Source of the DNA: Tubulanus polymorphus | Taxonomy: Eukaryota; Animalia; Nemertea | Length of the DNA: 64,000 nt | Assembly (NCBI RefSeq): GCF_964204645.1 | Contig: NC_134031.1 | Location: 9,610,001-9,674,000, forward strand | Direction: 5' to 3' | In this document: positions 40,661-52,223 of the stretch, in pieces | Numbering within the stretch: position 1 is the stretch's first letter | Layout of the letters: every line of letters begins with the position of its first letter | Notes under the pieces: model-generated | What the model was told of the DNA's origin: nothing | Database searches by the model: none | What the model saw: the letters and a program-made list of their open reading frames with translations, nothing else | Translations under genes and position numbers: made by a program

Positions 40661-41889
40661 AAGCTTTTACAGAAATCGATCTTAACTCTTTCCATGTTTG
40701 AATTTTTTTATATCAAAATCCACTCAATCTGATATTACTTAATTTTGGCGAATTTGACATATGGTTTTTAATGTCCATTAAAATGCTTTTCTAATGCCAA
40801 AACCCCCGTATAACCTAAAACTTTCTGAAAGCTATTAGTTATAGCTATTAGAAATTTATGGTTTTCAAAACTGTTTGACACCTGGGTCCAAGTGGGTCCC
40901 CAAAATATGGGGTCGTGTTCAGGTCATATGCTATAAAAAGTCATGTTATTCATTATACTGAAGCCAGAAATATGTATAAATCTAAAAGCAAATGCCTATT
41001 TTCTATTCCTATAATATCAATGTTTGTGTTACTCAAACAAAATAATACATTTTTTCTCATTGGTGGGTCAGAATTTCCTAAAAAGGTCAAAGCAACCCAA
41101 GCGTGACCCAATTTTCACACATTTTCTCCTCATGAGTGCAGATCATTCTTTCTTCCAGTATCCTCATTGTTTATTTACAATAAACCATTAGATAATTATC
41201 TCTAAAGACTTTTGCGTGGGTGATAAGTGTTTTTTATATGTTGCTGGGCGCATTCACGAGTAACTGAGCGCGGGTATCTGAGGCAATGACTAAATAGAGC
41301 ATTTGGCCTACATTTCTATAACAACCAGACGCCGAGTGTTAAATACAGTATCTACTAGCAAGTATTGCTCGTATAGTGTATATACACACTTGCTTAACAT
41401 GCAGGCAACCAGTGGAGTGCGTTGTAGGAGTTTGTTTTCACTAATTCGCCATCTAGGGGGTGTATAAGTCAATGGTATTATGTTGATGGCAACACCACCT
41501 ACATTAATTGGAGTATATGCCATCGGTCTGATGCCGAGGACATTCAAAGAGTTAGAATACAATTTTAGATCTGAAAATAAAACCCGGAAGTAAAACGGTA
41601 GACGATACCTGCTGATTACTGCGGCTAAGCCAATCATAGAGGAACCTTTGCTTTCTGATTGGCTTTTCAAAACCAATATTTTTGCGATCAGATATTCGCA
41701 AAAAACCTCTTTTAAATTCAGCTACGTAGAGTTTGGAGAATGGATAATGCTCTAATAAATGATTTGTATGAATATATGCTCAGTTGCACAGTAAAAGAGC
41801 CTTTACTCTGGAAACCATGTCATTTAAATTCGCACCATTTGTATAGTAATAGGCTCAGCCAACGGCTGGCCTAAAAATTGTAAAAGTTT

Positions 41890-42480
41890 GTAATTTAAAT
41901 AGTAATTTGATTTATCTCCTAATGATATATCTGAATTTAGTTTCATTCATAAATCTTCGAAATCTTATCTTTTAAAATTATAATCATATGATTTTGATAA
42001 TAAATCTGTTTCTTCTTTTATAAATTCTATATTATATTTTCAATCATCAATTTCTTTTTCTCAACTGAAATTTCTTTTTTAAACTCAATTTCTTCGATTA
42101 CCTTTGTATCTCTTTCTAATTCTAACCTTTAAAACTCTTTTATTGTTTTAAATAATTCATCACCTTAGGATCTCTTATAATTTTATTATGTGTAATTTTA
42201 TCAATTTCATTTCTTTAACTGATATATTCTCTAAGTGATTTATCAGAAAATATATTTAAATCTTCTAATCCTGGATATGATACATCAAAAAATTCATTCG
42301 CTAAAAATTCTTTAGTTTAAACTCCAATTAATATTGAATAATAATATTGATAGTTATGAAATTATATCCTGTTTCTAAATTGTTACTGCTGCTAAATTAG
42401 AATTAATTGTAAAAAAAAATTTTTAAAAAATTGATCAGCTCTTTGTTTAACATCTGAAAAAGATTAATCATTAAAATTCA
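41890..42480 (-). pseudogene. Isolated fragment of the Polinton coiled-coil gene
   Basis: Colinear similarity to ~11140-11710. Confidence 0.6.
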
Positions 42481-44049
42481 TTTAATCGTGTGATCTATAG
42501 AATTCCACCTTTCATTTTAATCACGTTTTAACAACTTGTTGGTACAAAATAACTTCCAAACGAGGCTTAGTTTCCCTTCGGAACTTTTAAAACATTCAAT
42601 GTAGCAATAAAAGCTCTAACCCTATTGAGTTTCATCGGCATCCGTTGCTTATTCATCAATTTGGTTACTTATTTGTTGTTGGAACTACATTTCGTTTCGG
42701 AAGAACACATGCCCTCTTACGTACATTCATGCTTTACATACGTGCCTGACACATATACTCGCAGCTATATGTGGTGTATTGATATGTGCATGTATATGAA
42801 AAGGGCGCCTCGTGCCTGGCCTAGTTAATATTTTGTTGGAAACTGCAAATGATCAACTGCCAGGCTTCGTCGCGGCCGGCCGTGAAAAGCAGTGACGTTT
42901 ATAGAAAGGCTGTAAAATTTGGAAAGAGGGAAGTGAATCTTGGAGATTCAATTTACCAAAATAAATTGTTTAAACTTCGCACACTTCGTGTATAGAAATC
43001 GTCACACCATGAGCGTGGATAGTGTTTTTTGAGTCAGTGGGGAAAACCCACTACCATATACATTCATGATGAATCATCATGCAGTTGTGTGTGATTACTT
43101 GGAGCATGGATTCTCTGATATACTGCCAAAAACTTCATGCCAAAGATAGGTATATGCGTTTCCATTCATAACTCGAAAAAAAGACATTTTTCCTGATACT
43201 TTCCGGCGTCCTTATTTTCGATCTATTGTCTGTAAAAAGTCAGTCTTCTCCCATCATTTGAAGTCAATGCAATAGCTTTCACTATTTTTCTTCGGCCGGG
43301 TGCTTACAATCTCTAATTTAGACTAACAATGTTAAATGTTTATGCTGATTAAACATACACTCATGTAAATTTAGGAAAGTCCATATTAAGAATTTCGTTT
43401 AAGAATATCTTAACCCGATTTCCTTGAAATATTTTACAGGGTTTTTGAAGAATGTCCATCATTGACAAGAATTCCACAATCTGCTTTGTCATGCATGCGA
43501 CAATTAAAAAAATTGTAAGTATAATGTAAGACACAAACAACTGAAAAAAGAAAGACACAAACAACTGAAAAATATAGCTATATCGCAGTGTTGACGGTTT
43601 TCTACTGCCATGGTGTACCCCATATGCTGGTCGACTCATCTCATGAATTTTGACTTCAATGAATTTAAGCAATCAGGAAAAATTTCCTCGGGACTCAATC
43701 TTCCGACCAATTGCCTAGAATATGATCGTCCTAATGCAGCGTCAAGCCTCACAACGACGGCAACTCAGTTCGCTCGAGCTGACTTAAGATGAAATAAGAT
43801 AAGATATACCTTCATTCTTCATTTTACAGTTTGAGGAGGTGCAAAAATTTGGTTATATTTAACAGGGAATATATACACTGATAGAAAGAAATAAAATGTA
43901 TGAAAAATACAATGTTTTACGAACATAAAATTATAACAATAAAATCCCTGAAAAAACTATACATTACAAATTTCAGTAAGATAATTTTTTGAACTGCTTC
44001 ACAGACTTTGTCCATAGTGAAAAAGGCGTCTCCTTACGGCGAATATACG

Positions 44050-44387
44050 AGTAATTAGGAAATGGCGTTTTCATACCTGAGGTCGAGAGGTCGAGACACC
44101 ACTCATCACAGCTAGGCCGAGAACGGTCAACAGCGTTGTGATACACGTATACAGTGAGTGCGCGTAACAACAGCTGCGCGTGGATAGATCGATACAGTGA
44201 GTCGCTACTGAGAACGGTTATTAACGCGTGTGCTATTACTGTAGTACAGTGATTGCGTGTCAGCTGTGCTCGGATAAATAGATGCTGTGAGGCTTGGGTG
44301 AGAACGGTAATAGCGCGCTTGTTATATACAAGGGGAAGTAATCCCTACTCATCACCACAAGTATTTTTTTTCCTTGTAAATGGGAGA
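44050..44387 (+). repeat. Left terminal inverted repeat
   Basis: Reverse complement of 58150-58488 with few mismatches. Confidence 0.97.
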
Positions 44388-47300
44388 GAATAAGACAGAA
44401 CAAATTGATGTTAATGAAAATCAATATTATTGTCCATATTGTAAAAAATACATTGATAAATCTCAAAAATCGCGTCATGAAAAATCTTCAAATCTCAGAA
44501 AATTCCAATGAAAGAAAAGAACGATTAGAAAATATGAATGTGGATGAAATAAAATGTGAAGTTTGTGATGAATTTATAGCAAAAAGGAATTATAATAGAC
44601 ATCTCGAAACACAAAAATACCACCAAAATTTGAGTAATAATGTTTTAGGAAAAGATTATTTTGATGATAAACCTCAACAAGTAAAAAAACCAGCTTCAAA
44701 AACAATCTATTTCAAATAAACCTTACATGGAAAATGATAGAAATTATATTGATTCACTAGAAATAAAAGATTCAATTGAAATATTAGAAACATTACGTAG
44801 TAAAATTGGTCCTGCAGCGATTATATTTAGATTTTTTAAAGGTACAACAATAGAAGATTATATTAAATTTAATTAAATAATTGAAAAAATACTAGATTTG
44901 ATAACAGATGTTGAATATCCAAAAATTAGTATCTCTGGGAAAGTAAGTTTTTTAAAGTCAGAAGAGAAAATGGATTATAATATTCGAACGCTCTCTGAAG
45001 AAATAATTTCAAAAACGCAAATAAAAGAGAAGTTAGAAAAAACATTTAATGAATTTAAACGTCATATTGAAGAAAGATATTTTGAGGGTTCTGGTTTAAC
45101 ATTGAATGAAATTATATTTTTAGATTTAAATGTTTATAATACAAAAAGGAATAAAACTTCAAAAAGTAAAACAATGTTTAAAAATGACTCCAACTTTACA
45201 ACAGAAAAGGATATTAAAGCATCAAGTTATATTAAATTACCATTTACAACAAAAGCGGTAATAAATGTTCAAAATGAAGATAATAAATGTTTTCTATGGT
45301 CAATTAATAGTTGTTTACACCCAACAGAAGATATTACGCATAGTTTTAGAATAACAAATTACCGGAAATATGAAACATTATATAAAATTGATCAATATCC
45401 AGTAACTATAAAAATGATACCCAAAATAGAAAAAATTAATAGTTTAAAAATAAATGTATTCGAATTAATGCAATTACCAAAGACAAAAGGTGAAAATATT
45501 AAAGATTATACATTGGAAGCTTTATATTTAACAGAATATTATGATGATGAAAATGCTATAGATTTGTTATATTACAAAAAAGATGAAAATGAACATTATA
45601 TGTGGTTAAAACAAATTGATTCATTCTTTAGAACAGAAAGTGATTTTATCAGTCATAAAATTTATCTATGTAGAAAATGTTTATCTAAATTTAGAACTGA
45701 GAATGCGTAACTAAAACATAAAGAATTATGTGATAATAAAGATTTTTGTAAATTAATAATGCCAACAGAAAAAGATTATAAATTGAAATTTACTAATCAT
45801 AAATTTAAGAATATTGTTCCATTTGTAATTTATGGGGATTTTGAATCGTTGAATAAAGAATTAACTGATCAAGATAGAAAAGAAATATATAACAAAAAGC
45901 AATTATCAAATCAATGGATAAACGAAATGAATTAAATGAAGACACAACACAAGACCCGCCAATTATAAATATAATTAAAAAAGTTCATCAAAGAGCTGCT
46001 GCTTATGGAATTTACATCAAATCAAATTATCCCGAATTATATGAAAGTCAATATATTTCTTTTAGAGGTGAAGATGTAGTTAATGATTTTTGTAACAAAA
46101 TGATTGAATTAGAAAGTGATTTTGCAAAATTATTAAACAAAAATAAAAGAATAGTTATGACAAAAGAAGATGAAATTGATTTTAATTATGCAACTCATTG
46201 TTGTTATTGTGAAAAACGTTTTTATTCATTTGATAAAAAAGTTAGATATCATAATCATTTAAATTCAAAATATCGTGGAGCTGCTCATGAAGATTGTAAT
46301 TTACAAGCTAAGAAAGTTAATTTCGTACCAATATTATTTCATAATTTATCAGGCTATGATACCCATCTATTTATAAAACAATTATCAGGGAAATTGGGCA
46401 CAATTAATCAAGAAATAGAAGAATATAATGCTATGAATGGTGTAAATGTAAGAAAATATGATTTTAAACTATTAGCTAAAACATCCGAAAATTATATTTC
46501 ATTTCAATTTGGTTGCATTAGATTTTTAGATTCTTATAGATTTCTAGCAAGTTCATTAGATAATTTATCAAAAAGTTTAGTTGATAATGATTTTATAATA
46601 ACTCGATATTATTATCCAAATGAACAAGATTTTAAATTATTGAGATATAAAGGTGCAATTCCTTATTCATTTTAAAAAACACACAATGATTTGAATGTAA
46701 CAGAATTATTAAAAGATCAATTTTATGATCAATTAAAAGAGGAGTATGTGAAAGATGAAGTGTTTAATAGAACATTAAATATTTGGAACCATTTTAAGAT
46801 GAAAAATCATGGTGAATTAGTTGATTTATATTTAAAATCAGATGTTATGATATTGGCTGACATATTTGAAAAATTTAGAAAAGTTAATTTGAATCATTTT
46901 AATGTTGATCCTTGTTATTGCTACTCTAGTCCTGGTTTAACCTGGCAATGTGGTTTAAAATACACAAATGTAGAATTAGATTTATTAAAAGAACCAGACA
47001 TGGTTTTATTATTTGAAAAATCAATTAGAGGTGGAATTAGTGGTGTTATGGGAGATAGATATTTTAAAGCAAATGATGAATATAAATTATTATATATTGA
47101 CGCCAATAATTTATATGGTTGGGCAATGATGCAACCTCAACCATACAAAATTTTTATATTAACAGAAGTTGAAAATGGTGATAAAACTGATTGGGAAAGC
47201 GCAATTGCGAGTTTAAAAGATGAAGCACCAATTGGTTATTTCTTTGTAGTTGATTTAGAATATCCTGATAACATAAAGTTTAAAACAAGAAACTTACCTT

Positions 47301-49279
47301 ATTGCCCAGAACATTTAGCCGTAGATGATAGTTATTTAAGTGAATACCAGAAGAAAATAAAACCGAAAGATCATGTTTTTACAGAAAAATTAATACTTAC
47401 TCAAAATAATAAATACAATTATATTGTTCATTATAGGATGTTAAAATTTCATCTAAAACAAGGAATGAAATTAAGGAAAGTACATAGATATATTGAATTT
47501 AATCAATCGAAGTGGTTAGAAAAATATATAGATTTCAATACTCAAAAGAGAACCATATCAAAAACAGATTTTGAAAAAGATTTCTTCAAATTAATGAATA
47601 ATAGTTTGTATGGTAAAACATGTGAAAATATTAGAAATAGAAATGATATTGAATTAGTAAATAATTCTGAACGATTAAGACATTTACAATAAAGTCCTAG
47701 ACATTTAGGAAATAACAGATTTGAAGATTATTTAACAGCAGTTAAATTAAAAAGAACGTCAATGAAATTTAATAAACCTATATTCATTGGTTCAACTGTT
47801 TTAGAAGTATCAAAATTAATAATGTATGATTTTTATTATAATGTTTTACAACCACTTTTTGGGGAAAAGCATATTGAAATATTACATTTTGATTCTGTAA
47901 CAGCTGACACCCCAATATTATTAAAATGTAATGATAAAATATTGATAAGAAGAATTTCAGAAATAATTCCAAAACAAAATGAATGTTATATTTCATATGG
48001 TGAAAAAGAATTGATACAAATAAATGGTTTAATGGATGTTTGGACAAGAAATGGATGGAAAAAATTAAAGAATATTATTAGGCATAAAACAAATAAGAAA
48101 ATCTATAGAGTTAGAACTAAATTAGGGTTTGTAGATGTTACAGAAGATCATAGTTTAACTAAACGAAATGGCGATGAAATAAAACCAACTGATATAAAAA
48201 TTGGAGATGAATTATTACATAAAAGATTTTTCCCAAGACTGAATCATATGTCATTCGACGAAATTATTGATAATATTTATAATATAGAACCTGAAACATT
48301 AGAAGAAAAAGAATATTTTGTCTAAGGATTTTTCATGGGTGATGGTTCAGCAGGTGTGTATAAATATGTTAATCGCACTCAATATTGCTGGTATTTATGC
48401 AATCAAGATTTGAAATTATTAGAAAGAATAAAGAAATTCTGTGAAGAAGTTTATTCACATAAAACATTTAAAATCATAGATGTTATGAAATCATCACAAT
48501 GTTATAGAATACATGCGAATAATACTAAAGATTTTGCAATTAAATATAATGATGAATTCTATTTTCATGCAATAATGAAAAGTAATACTTCAACTAAAGA
48601 AAAGATAGTTCCAGATAATGTATTAAATGCAAAATATAATTTAAGAAAATGGTTCTTCATTGGATTCTATACTGTAGATGGTTCAAAAAGTTTCAAAAAC
48701 CGCAAAAAAGGAAAAGTTGCTATATCAGGATTGAATATATTATGCAATTCATTAGGTTTTAATATGAATATTGGATTGATTAAATCTAAACCAAGTTGCT
48801 TTAATTTAAGCCATGTAGAAAATGAGTTAACAGAAGAAGTTAAAGATTTATTTGAAATATATAACCAAACAGATTATGTTTATGATTTATCAACTGAAGA
48901 TGGCACATTTAACTGTGGATTTCCATTAATTGCGTTCAATACTGATGCGTACATACTAAGAATCAAGACAAATGACATAACAAAAGACTTGATTGAATTT
49001 GTTGGGATAAGAAGTAAAATGTATAGTTACAGAACAAAAGATCATGAAGCTAAAAAGTTAAAAGGAATAACAAAACATGTGGTTGATAAACATATAGAAT
49101 TTCAAGATTATATAAGGTGTTTATATAACTCAATTGTTATGAAACACAAAATGAATTGTTTAAGATCAGAAGATCACGAGATGTACATTAATGAAGTTGA
49201 AAAAACTAGTTTGAATCCATTTGATGATAAAAGGCATATTTTAGATGATGGTATAAAAACATTACCTTATGGTTATTAA
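44380..49279 (+). pseudogene. Protein-primed DNA polymerase B (Zn fingers, putative TP/vOTU region, EndoVII-like insert, exo and pol domains) containing an intein
   Basis: NVQNEDNKCFLWS/EHYMW; YGDFES (ExoI); CCYCEK...RGAAHEDCNL; FHNLSGYD (ExoII); YLKSDV (ExoIII); YIDANNLYGWAM (A); KLMNNSLYGK (B); HFD|intein|TDA (C); KKLKGI; several stops and frameshifts. Confidence 0.96.
47894..48940 (+). other. Intein (349 codons) with LAGLIDADG homing endonuclease at PolB motif C
   Basis: Block A SVTADTPILL; block B VDVTEDHSL; LAGLIDADG YFV*GFFMGDGS and FFIGFYTVDGS; block F YVYDLSTEDGTF; terminal Asn followed by Thr+1; one in-frame TAA at 48323-48325. Confidence 0.93.
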
Positions 49280-49327
49280 AATGGATCAATATCATCAAAC
49301 TCGAAATCACTATTGGTTTCTCATTTT

Positions 49328-49588
49328 TCATTTTAATTGTTCTTGTATAATTTGTTTAGGTTCTTCCATTTCATTTTTCTCATTTAAATAAAGTTCTATC
49401 TTGTACCACATTTCATCTCGCTCTCTTTGTTTCTTTTTGTTCGTTAATTCATCAAATGGAATTATAATATCGATGTTTAAATAATTTACAATCTTATTTA
49501 AAAAGAATTCATAATTAATTGAATCTGTTATCCTATTATCCACATAATATCTCAATAATTGTTTGAATGTTTCTTTTATATTTTCCAT
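49328..49588 (-). CDS. Polinton hypothetical protein (possibly the tail of the upstream Zn-finger gene)
   Basis: 86-aa ORF convergent with PolB, within the element. Confidence 0.45.
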   Translation of the reverse strand: MENIKETFKQLLRYYVDNRITDSINYEFFLNKIVNYLNIDIIIPFDELTNKKKQRERDEMWYKIELYLNEKNEMEEPKQIIQEQLK

Positions 49589-49893
49589 ATCTTCTTATAA
49601 ATATAATAAATATAAATACATTTTCTGTTCTTGTGTTAAATGTTGATGGAATAATTGTTTTCATTATATCTTTTTTAGTTATTTCACCATTTTCATTTTC
49701 TATTATTTTCATTTTTTCAAGCCATTGCTTATATTCTGGTGTATGATCTTCCGTAGAAAATATCTTAAATATTTCATCTAGATATTTTAATTTTGGTTCT
49801 ATAAGAATATTTCTAGTTTTTTCATCACCCTATAAATTCTTTTGCCATCCACATTCATTACAAAATATCACAGGACCTTCTTGTCTTAAGTAC

Positions 49894-50574
49894 TCATAAA
49901 TACATTTTGGGCATTTCTTGTCTATCATTTCTTAGTAATAGATCTTCGTTAAGCTCTTGGTATTTTCTTACGTTTTCTTTATGTCTTATTGTTCTATTAT
50001 GTAGATTTGAATTACTTGTTGTAATAATCAATTTACAATATTTAGAATAATATGTTTTTCTTGTTAATTCATTATATTGTTTTTCTAACTTTTCAACTGT
50101 TTCTTTATTATCTGGTAACGTTTTCTCATATTTCATTTTTTCTAATATATTATTTTTTCTTTCATTGAATTCTGCTTCAAATTTATTAGAAATTTTATCA
50201 ATATGTGCTTTACGAAATTGATGATTCTCCCAATCTTCTATATTTTCAGGGTTATATTTTATTCGACAAGGCTCACAGAAATGATATTTTATATTATCCT
50301 TGTCATAGAATAAGAAAGGTCTTTTCCAAATAATTTCAGATTCAACTTCAACAGAATTACTATTACTTTCATTACTATCAACATTAGCCGTTGCGCCATT
50401 AATTTTACACTTATCTGAATGTTTTTTAACATAATTTCTTGAGAATAATTTATTACATTTTGGGCAGTTTAGTTTAGGGGGTTTATAATTTTCATTATGT
50501 TTTTTCATATGTCGAGCCATATTACTTTTTCTTAGAAGTTCACCACAAATTTCACATCCTATCTTCTCATCCAT
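49894..50574 (-). CDS. Polinton multi-C2H2 zinc-finger protein
   Basis: CEICGE...RHMKKH, CPKCNK...KKHSDKC, CEPC...HQFRKAH; TAAATG start. Confidence 0.75.
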   Translation of the reverse strand: MDEKIGCEICGELLRKSNMARHMKKHNENYKPPKLNCPKCNKLFSRNYVKKHSDKCKINGATANVDSNESNSNSVEVESEIIWKRPFLFYDKDNIKYHFCEPCRIKYNPENIEDWENHQFRKAHIDKISNKFEAEFNERKNNILEKMKYEKTLPDNKETVEKLEKQYNELTRKTYYSKYCKLIITTSNSNLHNRTIRHKENVRKYQELNEDLLLRNDRQEMPKMYL

Positions 50575-50642
50575 TTATTAAGGAAAAATTTTATTAAAAT
50601 TAATTTTTAGTGATGAGCGGTAATTTTTTTATGTTATAAATA

Positions 50643-51316
50643 ATGGTAGAAATAAAAGAATATACAATATTTGTTGATTCAAGAAAACTTACAAATTATA
50701 AATCTCATAATTTAATAGTACAATTAGATAGAGAATTTAAGAATTGTGTAGATTTAAAATTAGTAAATATAAGTTTCATCTATTTTTAAAACCAGGGTTA
50801 TATAATGTAGAAACATTGGCCCAAGAAATTAATCGGAGAGCACGATTAAAACTTGGAAGTGAAGGTAAATTTTCAATTAGATTTATAAAAAGTGATAGTT
50901 CTGATAAAATTAAAATAAAGTTAGATGATGAAAGCAAACACGCATTTATGGTAAGGAAACCTTTAGCTAAACTGTTAGGGATTAAACCACAAACTGTTAC
51001 AGGAAACGTAGACGGTAATTCAAATATAATACCTTTTACACATTTTTATATTTATTGCAATTTAATTGATCCTACAAAAACATTTGAAGCAACTAAAGAT
51101 ACAACATGTAATTCTAGTATATTAAATATTTTACCATTGAAGAATGTTAAACAATTTGGAACGCAAATAAATTATAATTTAGCTGAATGTGATTTTAAAC
51201 CTTGTATTCCTCAATTTAATAATTTTAAATTAGAAATAAGAAATCACAATGGATATTTAATTGATTTGAATAACTTTCCTGTAATTTATGAATTAGTTAT
51301 AAGATGTAAAGAGTAA
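50643..51316 (+). pseudogene. Minor capsid protein (penton, single jelly-roll)
   Basis: N-terminal TIFVDSRKL; C-terminal HFYIYCNLID...ILNILP...FKLEIRNHNGYLIDLNNFPVIYELVIR, typical of Polinton pentons; frameshift/deletion near 50765. Confidence 0.8.
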
Positions 51317-51332
51317 TTTTTTTGATATGTAA

Positions 51333-51689
51333 ATGAATATAACTGTTGGGCCGAGTATATGTTTTGGGTTTGATTTTAAACGTGAGAAAGAAATGAAATT
51401 CAACATTAATGATGTAATAACACATATCAAAAATATTGCATTTTCTAATGAAACAACATTTGAGTATGAAACAACAATAGATAAAGAAACTTTAAATGTA
51501 GAAAAGATTACTTATTTAATTAGAGAATCTTTAAGATTTTATGAATTAGTTGAAGATTTTATCATCGATGATATTAAAAAAATAATAATTGAAATATATA
51601 CAAATGAAACTAGTAATGAAATAAATGTTGAATTAATCGTAAATAAGATAACTAAATATTTTGAAGATAGTAATTTTTTTGATAAATAA
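51333..51689 (+). CDS. Polinton hypothetical protein
   Basis: Intact 118-aa ORF with TAAATG start; decayed homologue at 60991-61332. Confidence 0.7.
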   Translation: MNITVGPSICFGFDFKREKEMKFNINDVITHIKNIAFSNETTFEYETTIDKETLNVEKITYLIRESLRFYELVEDFIIDDIKKIIIEIYTNETSNEINVELIVNKITKYFEDSNFFDK

Positions 51690-51910
51690 ATGAGTGATAA
51701 TAAGTGGATAATAACTGGAGTATATAATGGAGCATTACTATCAGTTGGAACTGTTGGTTATTCAATGGTATTAAAAAAGTATTTAAAATGGGAAGTGTTA
51801 ATGTTGATAGATTTGATATAAATGATATTTTAAAATTAACATTAGCAGTTACTTTATCTAATTTAACTATTGATTATTTGGAAAAACAAAAATATATTCC
51901 TCCCATATAA
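51690..51910 (+). pseudogene. Small two-TM Polinton protein
   Basis: MSDNKWIITGVYNGALLSVGTVGYSMVLKK...DILKLTLAVTLSNLTIDYLEKQKYIPPI, with one frameshift. Confidence 0.6.
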
Positions 51911-51934
51911 ATACATAATTATTTTGCTAAATAA

Positions 51935-52223
51935 ATGGCTTCTGCAGTTATAACTATTATAGGATCGGCAATTGTTAACGCTTTAGCATTTACTGGTGGT
52001 GGTTATTTATTTAAGCATATTGATAAAAATGGTTCATTAACAGAACAAAAAAGACATAACTTAGCATTAGAAAAATACAATTAAGCAGCAGAAGAATATA
52101 GAGAAAAGAGGCAAAACTATATGGATTATATTAACAAGGAATTATATGATCAGAAGATTTCACAAAGAGATTTTCAATCAGTTGATGATGCAATGAGTGT
52201 ATATAACGCGGTAAGCAATAAAG
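51935..52223 (+). pseudogene. Polinton protein with hydrophobic Gly/Ala-rich N-terminus + coiled coil (MASAVITIIGSAIVNALAFTGGGYLF), truncated
   Basis: Manual translation; one stop at ~52082; cut by the insertion at 52224; the missing tail is seen in the copy at 14116-14322. Confidence 0.7.

Noticed and set aside
43829-43885. Possible next LRR exon after ttacAG
   Set aside because: The phase-2 frame hits a stop and there is no donor at 72/75 nt.
47894-48940. Hedgehog-type Hint domain or host gene instead of an intein
   Set aside because: In-frame within PolB motif C, has LAGLIDADG motifs and a terminal Asn-Thr junction.
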